Below, piece by piece: positions 20,289-27,889 of a stretch of 64,000 nucleotides of DNA. This DNA comes from Candidatus Rokuibacteriota bacterium (GTDB taxonomy: Bacteria > Methylomirabilota > Methylomirabilia > Rokubacteriales > CSP1-6): assembly GCA_003220225.1 (NCBI GenBank), contig QHRU01000064.1, positions 5,966-69,965 of the forward strand, given 5' to 3'. Position numbers and translations under genes: made by a program. The first letter of the stretch is position 1; every line of letters starts with the position of its first letter. Under the pieces are notes generated by a model that was not told the origin of the DNA, ran no database searches, and saw nothing but the letters and a program-made list of their open reading frames with translations.

Positions 20289-21641
20289 ATGGAACCCGCC
20301 AAGATCCTGGTCGTCGACGACGAACGTTCCATCCTCGTCCTGTTGAAAGAAGCGCTCGGCCAATGGGGCTATCTGGTTACGACCGCCGCCTCCGCGGCCG
20401 AGGCGCTCGGGATCCTCAAGTCCGAGCTGTTCGACGCGCTCATCACGGACATCCGCATGCCGGACATGAGCGGCCTCGAGCTGCTGCGCGAGGTGAAGAA
20501 GCAGGACGAGTCGATCGAAGTCGTCATGATGACCGGCTACCCGACGATCGCCTCGGCGGTGCAGGCGCTGAAGGAAGGCGCCTACGACTACCTCTCCAAG
20601 CCGCTGATCCTCGACGAGCTCCGTCACCTGATGTCGCGAATGATGGAGCGCAAGTTCCTGCGCGGCGAGATCCACACCCTGCGCGCGCGGCTGGGCGAGG
20701 AGCTGACCGTCAACGAGCTGATCGGCACCTCGGTGCCGATGGAGCGCGTCAAGGAGATCATCGGCAAGGTCGCCGTGACGGACTCGCCGGTGCTCATCGA
20801 GGGCGAGAGCGGCACGGGCAAGGAGCTGGTGGCGGCGGCCATTCACCGGCTGTCGTCCCGCGCCAAGCGCCCGTTCATCCCGGTGAACTGCAGCGCGATT
20901 CCCCAGGATTTGCTGGAATCCGAGTTCTTCGGCCACGTGCGCGGCGCGTTTTCGGGCGCGGTGGCGGATGCGCTGGGCCTCTTCCGCGGCGCCGATGAAG
21001 GCACGATCTTCCTGGACGAGATCGCGGAGCTGTCCCCCGCGCTCCAGGTGAAGCTGCTGCGCGTGCTGCAGGAGATGCAGGTGCGGCCGGTCGGCTCGAC
21101 GAAGGCGTTTCCCGTCGACGTCCGCGTGATCGCCGCCACCAATCGCGACCTCGAGCGCGCGATGACGGAGGGCTCGTTCCGCCAGGACCTCTTCTACCGG
21201 CTCAACGTGGTCCGGGTGACGCTCCCGCCGCTGCGCGAGCGTCGCGAGGACATCCCGTCGCTGATCAATCACTTCCTGCGTCGGTTCAACAAGCGCTTCC
21301 ACCGCGACGTGCGCGGGGTCGCGCCCGAGGCGCTGGCCGCGCTGTCGGCCTACACCTTCCCGGGCAACGTGCGCGAGCTCGAGAACCTCATCGAGCGCGC
21401 CTTCGCCATGGGTTCCCGCGAGCAGATCGCGCTGACCGACCTGCCGAGCCTCAGCAAGACGCCGATGGCGTCGACCCCGGTGACCTCGCCCGAGAGCGTG
21501 CCCGCGCTGGCTGACGTCGAGCGCGAACTGATCCTCAAGGCGCTCGCCGTGTTCAAGGACGACAAGGAAGCGGCCGCCAAGGCGCTGGGCATCTCGCGCC
21601 GCACGATCTACCGCCGGCTCAAGGAGTACGGGGTCCTGTAG
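20289..21641 (+). CDS. Sigma-54-dependent Fis-family response regulator (NtrC family), no adjacent histidine kinase
   Basis: REC domain (ILVVDDE...DALITDIRMPDMSG...K). AAA+ sigma-54 interaction domain (GESGTGKE, ESEFFGHVRGAFSGA, ...FRQDLFYRLNV...). C-terminal Fis HTH (AAKALGISRRTIYRRLKEYG). Confidence 0.92.
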   Translation: MEPAKILVVDDERSILVLLKEALGQWGYLVTTAASAAEALGILKSELFDALITDIRMPDMSGLELLREVKKQDESIEVVMMTGYPTIASAVQALKEGAYDYLSKPLILDELRHLMSRMMERKFLRGEIHTLRARLGEELTVNELIGTSVPMERVKEIIGKVAVTDSPVLIEGESGTGKELVAAAIHRLSSRAKRPFIPVNCSAIPQDLLESEFFGHVRGAFSGAVADALGLFRGADEGTIFLDEIAELSPALQVKLLRVLQEMQVRPVGSTKAFPVDVRVIAATNRDLERAMTEGSFRQDLFYRLNVVRVTLPPLRERREDIPSLINHFLRRFNKRFHRDVRGVAPEALAALSAYTFPGNVRELENLIERAFAMGSREQIALTDLPSLSKTPMASTPVTSPESVPALADVERELILKALAVFKDDKEAAAKALGISRRTIYRRLKEYGVL

Positions 21642-21643
21642 TC

Positions 21644-21782
21644 ATGGGGGGCCTAGAAATGGCCCCCCAAACCCCCCAGACGCTCGGCAGCGCCCCAGCA
21701 AAGCTGTGGCGCTCCTCGATACCCGTGACGCTCCTCTAAGCCCGTAGCTGTGGCGCTCCTCGATACCCGTGACGCTCCTCTA
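21644..21782 (+). repeat. Dispersed intergenic element family B, copy 1, with internal 44-bp tandem duplication (partner copy 63383-63457)
   Basis: ATGGGGGGCC-TAGAAAT-GGCCCCCCAAACCCCCCAGACGCTCG...GTGGCGCTCCTCGATA. The 37-nt unit AGCTGTGGCGCTCCTCGATACCCGTGACGCTCCTCTA occurs exactly twice (21702-21738 and 21746-21782). Confidence 0.8.
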
Positions 21783-21899
21783 GTCCCTGTCAGGCAGCGT
21801 CGGGCATCCTTGCTGAAACGTGTCACCCGATGCGTGCCGATGGGACACCCGCAACTCTGTAATCGTCTTAATTATCAATTTTTCTAGTTACTTACGCTT

Positions 21900-21915
21900 T
21901 GGCACCCGCGGTGCA
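21900..21915 (+). promoter_or_regulatory. Candidate sigma-54 (-24/-12) promoter
   Basis: TGGCACCCGCGGTGCA fits TGGCAC-N5-TTGCW, with GG and GC in the correct register (only T12 replaced by G). Preceded by an unusually AT-rich tract (21855-21899). Followed by ATG 21930. Confidence 0.55.
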
Positions 21916-21929
21916 TCGTCTACCCCGGT

Positions 21930-22868
21930 ATGACGACGACACTCAGCGGGGCGACGACCTCGTCCCTGGAAATTGGTCTCGGGTACGCCACCGGTGGGCG
22001 CGATGCGGTGACGCGCGCGGCCACCACCGCGGCCTCCCGCCTGCACGGCGCGACGCCGCACCTCGCCCTCGTGATCACGGCCTCGCCGGCCGGCGACGCG
22101 ATGGCGGAGGCCCGTGGCGTGCTCGGACGGATCCAGGTCGCGGGCGGCGCGTCCGCTTTGCTTCTTACGGATGACGGCCCCATGAAGTCCGGTGCGCTGG
22201 TCGTCTGCGTCGCGAACGCAGACGGCGCGGCGAGCGGGGTGGCGGCCACGACGGGCCGCGATCTCGCTGACGCCGGACAGGCGGCGGCCCGCCTGGTGCT
22301 TTCGGGCTGGCCATTCCGCGCACGCTATCCGCGCGGTCTCGGCATCGCCTTCGCGCGTTCGGATTCGGGTGACTCCGCGCTGCGGTTCCTCGACTCCTGG
22401 CGTGACTTCATGGGGCCTAAGATGCGCACCGTGTGCGGCGTGCTGGGCTCGCCGGTCCTCTACGGCGGCGGCCAGGGCAACGCCGAGCCGCGCCTGAGCG
22501 TGGCGTGTCTCGAGGCGTCGTACGCGACCGGTCTCGGCTGGAGCGATGCCACGGGCGAGCCATCGACGGAAGCGCTCGTGCACGGCGCCGCCGACGCGAC
22601 GCTGACGGCGGTCAAGCGGCTCGACGGCCGGCCCGCGCGGCTCGTGCTCGTGGTGCAGACGGCCGCGCGTCACGCGCGGCTCGGCGCCGCCGCCCGCGAG
22701 GAATGGGCGGCGATCCGTGCTCAGCTGGACGAGAGCACGCCGTGCGCCGGCTGGCAGGTCGAGGACGTGGCGGCGTACGGGCGTGGTGTCCAGCCCGTGG
22801 CCGCGCCGGGCGCCCTCGTGATCGTTGCCATCGGCGACTCGCCCCGCAGCGAAGCTCCGCGCGGCTGA
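21930..22868 (+). CDS. Hypothetical protein, weak FIST-like (FIST_N/FIST_C) resemblance
   Basis: 312 aa with strong third-position GC and Ala/Gly/Leu-rich, non-Arg-biased composition, unlike the overlapping antisense ORFs. ...ATPHLALVITASPAG...ALVVCVAN... and ...RLVLVVQTAARHARLG...ALVIVAIGD recall FIST domains, but this is only a by-eye impression. Confidence 0.55.
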   Translation: MTTTLSGATTSSLEIGLGYATGGRDAVTRAATTAASRLHGATPHLALVITASPAGDAMAEARGVLGRIQVAGGASALLLTDDGPMKSGALVVCVANADGAASGVAATTGRDLADAGQAAARLVLSGWPFRARYPRGLGIAFARSDSGDSALRFLDSWRDFMGPKMRTVCGVLGSPVLYGGGQGNAEPRLSVACLEASYATGLGWSDATGEPSTEALVHGAADATLTAVKRLDGRPARLVLVVQTAARHARLGAAAREEWAAIRAQLDESTPCAGWQVEDVAAYGRGVQPVAAPGALVIVAIGDSPRSEAPRG

Positions 22869-23185
22869 TCCTCGGCGCCCGCCGGGCTCCAGTCGAACCA
22901 GACCTTCCACAGCAGACGCGTCCGCGTCACCGTGCCCACGCGCGGGATGCCCTTCGCGCGCGCGGCGGCGATCGTGTCGTGGTTGTCGACGCGGTGCACG
23001 CCGACCACTTCCCGGATGCCGCGCGCGAGCAGCCACGGCGTCATCGCGCCGGCCATCCGGCGCGTGATCCCGCGGCGGCGAAACGGCGGGTCCGTGAACT
23101 CGTCCACCATGAAGACCTGTCCCGGCCCGAGACGGACGAAGCCCGCGACACGGCCGAAGCGCCAACTCCGGCGAACGCTTGCAGC
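22721..23185 (-). pseudogene. GNAT acetyltransferase remnant (C-terminal half only)
   Basis: The frame opens right after the MOSC stop: ...WRFGRVAGFVRLGPGQVFMVDEFTDPPFRRRGITRRMAGAMTPWLLARGIREVVGVHRVDNHDTIAAARAKGIPRVGTV... This corresponds to beta4, the R-x-x-G-x-(G/A) acetyl-CoA motif, and beta5 to beta7. No beta1/alpha1/alpha2 is encoded in any frame upstream. The 3' tail (22721-22868) overlaps the convergent gene. Confidence 0.45.
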
Positions 23186-23692
23186 TCAGCGCACGGGGCG
23201 CCCGGGGGCGGGCGTGGCCTCGTCAGAGAGCAGACGGACCGGGTCACCGCAACGGAGCGTCCCGGTCGTCACCACGCGGGCGTAGACGCGGCTTCCGCCG
23301 GGGTGGCGCTTCTGGGAGACCCGTGAGTAGTCGCCGTCGCGGAACGCGGGCCGGATGTTGAAGCACGGCGTCGCATAGCGCGTGATCTCGAGCAGGACCT
23401 CGTCGCCCAGCCTCAGGCGCGCGCCCGGCTGCACGGCCGACCAGTCGAGGCCCTCGATCGTCACGTTCTCACCCAGGGCGCCCGGCGCGACGGGATGCCC
23501 CTCGACCTGCAGCTCGCGGATCGCTTCCTGCGCGAAGAGGCAGACGGCGCGCTCCGGGCCGCCGTGGTGCTCGAGGTCGCGGTGAGCGTCGCCGTCGAGC
23601 CCGAGCGCGGTCAGGCGGACGGTGTCCACGGCGCGCTTGGGGACGCCACCGTTCGAGACGCTCAGCTGGACGATGCGTCCGAGGTCGCTCAC
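23186..23692 (-). CDS. MOSC domain-containing protein
   Basis: ...VSNGGVPKRAV...LGLDGDAHRDLEHHGGPERAVCLF...GALGENVTIEGLD...LLEITRYATPCFN... is the MOSC beta-barrel with its conserved Cys. Confidence 0.85.
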   Translation of the reverse strand: MSDLGRIVQLSVSNGGVPKRAVDTVRLTALGLDGDAHRDLEHHGGPERAVCLFAQEAIRELQVEGHPVAPGALGENVTIEGLDWSAVQPGARLRLGDEVLLEITRYATPCFNIRPAFRDGDYSRVSQKRHPGGSRVYARVVTTGTLRCGDPVRLLSDEATPAPGRPVR

Positions 23693-23696
23693 GCCT

Positions 23697-24161
23697 TCAG
23701 CCCTCCGCCCGGCGGATCATCCGCTGCACGCGCGCCTCCAGCACGACCTCGTCGCGCTGGTTGAGGACGCGGTGCCGGTAGGTCACGATGCCACGGTCGG
23801 GTTTCTTCGTCTCGCGCTTGTCGACCACCTCGATCTCGACGCGGATTGTGTCGCCCTCGAGGACGGGAGCCACGATGCGCAGCTCGCCGCCGAGGTACGC
23901 CATGCCGGTGCCGTGGATGAGGCCCGTCTGCATGATGAGTCCCTCGGACAGCGAGAACGTGAGCGCGCCGGGCGCGGCGCGGCGCTTGAAGACGGACTCG
24001 CGCTTCACGTACTCCATGTCGATGAAGAGCGGCTCGACGAAGCCGCAGAGGTTGACGAAGCTGACGATGTCCGTCTCCGATACGGTGCGCGCGAGCGTGC
24101 GATAGACCGCGCCGACCTTGTGCCCCTCGAAGTCCAGGCCGTCCGTCCGCATGGTGGTCAC
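23697..24161 (-). CDS. MaoC-like (R)-specific enoyl-CoA hydratase / hot-dog fold dehydratase
   Basis: ...RTVSETDIVSFVNLCGFVEPLFIDMEY...GALTFSL...GDTIRVEIEVVDKRETKKPDRGIVTYRHRVLNQRDEVVLE is the MaoC dehydratase pattern. ATGA overlap with livF. Confidence 0.85.
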   Translation of the reverse strand: MTTMRTDGLDFEGHKVGAVYRTLARTVSETDIVSFVNLCGFVEPLFIDMEYVKRESVFKRRAAPGALTFSLSEGLIMQTGLIHGTGMAYLGGELRIVAPVLEGDTIRVEIEVVDKRETKKPDRGIVTYRHRVLNQRDEVVLEARVQRMIRRAEG

Positions 24162-24859
24162 TCTCCCAGGTAGGCGCGCCGCACCTCCGCGTTCTCGGCG
24201 AGCTGGCCGGCGGTGCCCGAGAGCACCACCGCGCCCGTCTCGAGCACGTAGCCGCGGTGCGCGATCGACAGGGCCATGGCCGCGTTCTGCTCGACGAGCA
24301 GAATCGTCGTCCCCTGCCGGTTGATGGAGCCGATGGTCGCGAAGATCTGCTCGACCAGCACCGGCGCCAGGCCCATCGATGGCTCATCGAGCAGGAGCAG
24401 GCGCGGGCGTGCCATGAGCGCGCGCGCGATGGCGAGCATCTGCTGCTCGCCCCCCGAGAGCGTGCCGGCCACCTGCGTCACGCGCTCCTTGAGCCGGGGG
24501 AACAGCTCAAAGATGCGGTCGAGGTCGGCGTCGATGCCGCCGTCCGTACGAAGATACGCGCCCATGATCAGGTTTTCGCGCACCGTCAGCCGGTTGAAGA
24601 TCCGCCGGCCCTCCGGCACGTGCGCGATCCCGCGCGCGACGATCTCGTGCGGCGGCACGCCGCCGAGCGCGCGGCCCTCGAAGACGACGGCGCCGCGGCG
24701 TGGAACGAGCAGCCCCGAGATGGTCTTGAGCGTGGTCGACTTGCCGGCGCCGTTGTTGCCGAGCAGGGTCACGATCTCCCCGCCGCGCACCTCGAGCGCC
24801 ACGCCGCGTAGCGCGTGGATCTCGCCGTAGTAGACGTCCAGGGCCTCCAGCGCCAGCAT
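24158..24859 (-). CDS. livF: Branched-chain amino acid ABC transporter ATP-binding protein LivF
   Basis: GNNGAGKSTTLKTISG Walker A, LSGGEQQMLAIARAL signature, LLLLDEPS Walker B. LivF-type length (233 aa). Confidence 0.9.
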   Translation of the reverse strand: MLALEALDVYYGEIHALRGVALEVRGGEIVTLLGNNGAGKSTTLKTISGLLVPRRGAVVFEGRALGGVPPHEIVARGIAHVPEGRRIFNRLTVRENLIMGAYLRTDGGIDADLDRIFELFPRLKERVTQVAGTLSGGEQQMLAIARALMARPRLLLLDEPSMGLAPVLVEQIFATIGSINRQGTTILLVEQNAAMALSIAHRGYVLETGAVVLSGTAGQLAENAEVRRAYLGE

Positions 24860-24861
24860 GG

Positions 24862-25674
24862 CTACGGCGCGGCGCGGCCGGGGGAGGCGCGGCGACCGAG
24901 GTACGCCTCGATCACGCGCGGGTCGGCCTGGACGTCGCGCGGCGGGCCCTCGGCGATCTTCTCGCCGTGGTCGAGCACGGTGACGCGGTCCGAGACCTCC
25001 ATCACCACCCGCATGTTGTGCTCGATGAGGACGATGGCGAGGCTCAGCTCGCCGACGAGCCGCCGGAGCAGCGCCATCAGCGTCCCTGCCTCCGCCTGCG
25101 TCATGCCCGCGGTCGGCTCGTCGAGCAGGAGCAGGGCGGGCTCGGAGGCGAGCGCGCGCGCCAGCTCCAGCCGCCGCTGCTCGCCGTATGGCAGGCTCCG
25201 CGCGACCTCGTTCGCCTTGCCGCGCAGCCCCACGCGCTCGAGCAGCGCTGCCGCTCGCTGCCAGAGCCCGCGCTCGGTCTCCACGAAGCGCGGCCCGCGC
25301 GCGAGCACCTCGCGCAGCCCGAGCCGGATGCGGGCGTGCATGCCGACCAGCACGTTTTCGGCGGCGGTCATGTTGGCGAAGAGGCGGATGTTCTGGAAGG
25401 TGCGGCAGACGCCGAGCGCGGTGATCTCGTCCGGGCGCAGGCCCACGAGGGCCTGGCCCCGGAAGCTCACGCTGCCGCCGTCCGGGGGGTAGAGGCCCGT
25501 GAAGACGTTGAAGAGCGTCGTCTTGCCGGCGCCGTTGGGGCCGATGATGGAGGCGATGCCGCCGTCGAGCGTGAAGGTCACGCGCTGCACGGCGGTGAGC
25601 CCGCCGAAGGTCTTGGTGACGTCGATAGCCTCGAAGAGGGGGAACCCGTGGCGCTCGTCGGCCACGTGCGTCAT
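24862..25674 (-). CDS. livG: Branched-chain amino acid ABC transporter ATP-binding protein LivG
   Basis: ATG 25674 (ATGA overlap with livM). GPNGAGKTTLFNVFTG, LPYGEQRRLELARAL, LLLLDEPTAGM. The upstream part of ORF 24862..26535 is an artefact. Confidence 0.9.
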   Translation of the reverse strand: MTHVADERHGFPLFEAIDVTKTFGGLTAVQRVTFTLDGGIASIIGPNGAGKTTLFNVFTGLYPPDGGSVSFRGQALVGLRPDEITALGVCRTFQNIRLFANMTAAENVLVGMHARIRLGLREVLARGPRFVETERGLWQRAAALLERVGLRGKANEVARSLPYGEQRRLELARALASEPALLLLDEPTAGMTQAEAGTLMALLRRLVGELSLAIVLIEHNMRVVMEVSDRVTVLDHGEKIAEGPPRDVQADPRVIEAYLGRRASPGRAAP

Positions 25675-26867
25675 CGCTCGCCCAGCTCGCGCTGCCGGCG
25701 CCGTGCGGGGAAGATGCCCTGCGGGCGGAAGATCATCATGAAGACGAGGATCAAGCCGAAGATCATCCGCTCGTACTTGGCGGGCTCCAGCTGGGTGGGC
25801 AGGCCCGCCAGGTTGTAGCCGAGGATCGTCACGCCCGCGTTCTTCAGCTCGTTGAGCCAGAGCGACAGCCCCTTGAGCACCTGGAGGTTCAGCACCGTCA
25901 CCACGGTGGCTCCGATGATCGCGCCGGGGATGGAGCCCATGCCGCCGAGGATCACCATGGCCAGCACGCCGATGGACTCGAGGAAGGTGAACGACTCGGG
26001 GTTGATGAAGACCTGTTTGGCCGAGAAGACGACGCCCATGACGCCGGCGAAGGAGGCGCCGGCGGCGAAGGCGAGGAGCTTGGCGCGCACGAGCGGCACA
26101 CCCATGGCCTGCGCGGCCAGCTGGTCCTCGCGCATGGCCTCCCACGCCCGCCCGATGTGCGAGTCCTCCAGCCGACGATTGACGAGGATGACGACCACGA
26201 CGATGAGCAGGACGAGGAAGTAGAAGCCGACCGCGTACGACACCTCGACCGGCAGCGGCGGACGCGAGATCGGCGTGATGCCGCGCGGCCCGTTGGTGAC
26301 GTTGATGGGCTTGTCGAGGTTGTTGGCGAGGACGCGGATGACCTCGCCGAAGCCGAGGGTGACGATGGCCAGGTAGTCGCCGCGCAGCCGGAGAACGGGC
26401 AGCCCCAGCACGACGCCGGTGCCGGCCGCCACCGCGAGGCCGATGACCAGGAACGGATAGAACCACCAGGAGGGCAGGGGAAAGCCGCCGCCGCCGAAGA
26501 GCACGTTGGCGTGCGGCGAGCCGAAGATCGCCCACGAGTAGGCGCCGACCGCGAAGAAGGCCACGTAGCCGAGGTCGAGCAGTCCCGCGAGGCCGACGAC
26601 GATGTTGAGCCCGAGCGCCAGCGCCACGAAGATGCCGACCTGCGTGGCGACTTCCAGGTAGTAGCCGTTGTAGGCGCCGATCGCCGGCATCAGCACGAGC
26701 AGCGCGGCCGCGAGCAGCGCCGCGCGCAGCCAGCCCGGGATCCGCGCGACGTAGGCGTAGAGCAGGCTCGTCTGGAAGACCAGGAAGACGAGGATCGAAC
26801 GGGGGAACAGGGCGACGGCGGCGGTGGAGAGGGCGACGAACGCCACCGCCGCCGCCGAGGGGATCAC
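25671..26867 (-). CDS. livM: Branched-chain amino acid ABC transporter permease LivM
   Basis: GTG 26867 (GTGA overlap with the livH stop). Polytopic. ...GLNIVVGLAGLLDLGYVAFFAVGAY...RLRGDYLAIVTLGFGE... is a LivM signature. Confidence 0.88.
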   Translation of the reverse strand: MIPSAAAVAFVALSTAAVALFPRSILVFLVFQTSLLYAYVARIPGWLRAALLAAALLVLMPAIGAYNGYYLEVATQVGIFVALALGLNIVVGLAGLLDLGYVAFFAVGAYSWAIFGSPHANVLFGGGGFPLPSWWFYPFLVIGLAVAAGTGVVLGLPVLRLRGDYLAIVTLGFGEVIRVLANNLDKPINVTNGPRGITPISRPPLPVEVSYAVGFYFLVLLIVVVVILVNRRLEDSHIGRAWEAMREDQLAAQAMGVPLVRAKLLAFAAGASFAGVMGVVFSAKQVFINPESFTFLESIGVLAMVILGGMGSIPGAIIGATVVTVLNLQVLKGLSLWLNELKNAGVTILGYNLAGLPTQLEPAKYERMIFGLILVFMMIFRPQGIFPARRRQRELGER

Positions 26868-27835
26868 GCGCGCTCTCGCACCACTTCGCCGAGCAGGCCC
26901 TTGGGACGGAAGATCAGGATCAGGATCAGGACGGAGAAGGCGAAGATGTCCTTGTACTCGGCGCCGAAGGCCCCGCCCGTGAGCAGCGACATGTAGGAGG
27001 CCGCGAACGCCTCCAGGAGCCCGAGCACGATCCCGCCGAGCATGGCGCCTGGAATGTTGCCGATGCCGCCCAGGACGGCCGCGGTGAAGGCTTTCAGGCC
27101 CGGGATGAAGCCGGTATACGGATTGATCAGGCTGTACTGCACTCCGAACAACACACCGGCGGCGCCCCCCATCGCGCCGCCGATGAGGAACGTGAGCGAG
27201 ATGATCCGGTTGACGTCGATCCCCATGAGGCTGGCCGCCGCCTGGTCCTCGGCGACGGCGCGGATGGCGGTGCCGATCTTCGTCCGGTTCACGAGCGCGT
27301 GGAGACCCCAGAGCATGAGCAGGGCGACCACGATCACGACCATCGACTTCGCGGAGACGTCGATCGTCGACGTCAGCTCGAACCGCTCGTTGAGCGGCTC
27401 CAGCGTCGGATAGACGAGGTTGAAGGCGTTGCGCCAGAGCGACTCCACGAGTCGGATCACGTCCTGCAGGAAGAACGACATGCCGATGGCCGAGATGAGC
27501 GGGATGAGCCGCGGCGCGGACCGCAGCGGGCGGTAGGCCACGCGCTCGATGGACACCGCCAGGGCGCCGCTGGCCAGCATGCCGCCCAGCATCACGCCCA
27601 GGAGCACGAGCGGCCACGGCAGCGTCTCGAGGAGGCCCGCGCTCTTCAAGCCGAGGAGGATCTCGACGCCCACGAAGGCGCCGACGATGAAGATCTCGGA
27701 GTGCGCGAAGTTGATGAACTCGAGCACGCCGTAGACCATCGTGTAGCCCAGCGCGATGAGCGCGTACATGAAACCGAGCAGGAGGCCGTCGAGCAGGACT
27801 TGAGGAAAGATCCCGACGAGGAGTTCGAAGTCCAT
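26864..27835 (-). CDS. livH: Branched-chain amino acid ABC transporter permease LivH
   Basis: ...LLGFMYALIALGYTMVYGVLEFINFAHSEIFIVGAF... is a LivH signature. Confidence 0.9.
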   Translation of the reverse strand: MDFELLVGIFPQVLLDGLLLGFMYALIALGYTMVYGVLEFINFAHSEIFIVGAFVGVEILLGLKSAGLLETLPWPLVLLGVMLGGMLASGALAVSIERVAYRPLRSAPRLIPLISAIGMSFFLQDVIRLVESLWRNAFNLVYPTLEPLNERFELTSTIDVSAKSMVVIVVALLMLWGLHALVNRTKIGTAIRAVAEDQAAASLMGIDVNRIISLTFLIGGAMGGAAGVLFGVQYSLINPYTGFIPGLKAFTAAVLGGIGNIPGAMLGGIVLGLLEAFAASYMSLLTGGAFGAEYKDIFAFSVLILILIFRPKGLLGEVVRERA

Positions 27836-27889
27836 GGCACGGTCGGCGGCGGCGCCCCGGTCAACCCGGAACGCCGCCGCGGAGGACGC

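Noticed and set aside
21888-23165. 425-aa minus-strand ORF covering the FIST-like gene and the GNAT remnant, as an alternative gene model.
   Set aside because: The translation is extremely Arg-rich (runs such as RRAPRRQPRHDRRRAREG). The plus-strand 21930..22868 frame has balanced composition and strong GC3, and the GNAT motifs are in a different minus frame.
23186-23188. The in-frame TGA between MOSC and the GNAT fragment as selenocysteine or programmed read-through. The same was considered for the TAG between trxA and trpE at 19831-19833.
   Set aside because: No SECIS-like hairpin is visible right after the TGA. The GNAT part lacks its N-terminal half, so a fusion would not give a complete domain. 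A shared frame has a one-in-three chance expectation. A trxA-trpE fusion has no precedent that I know of.
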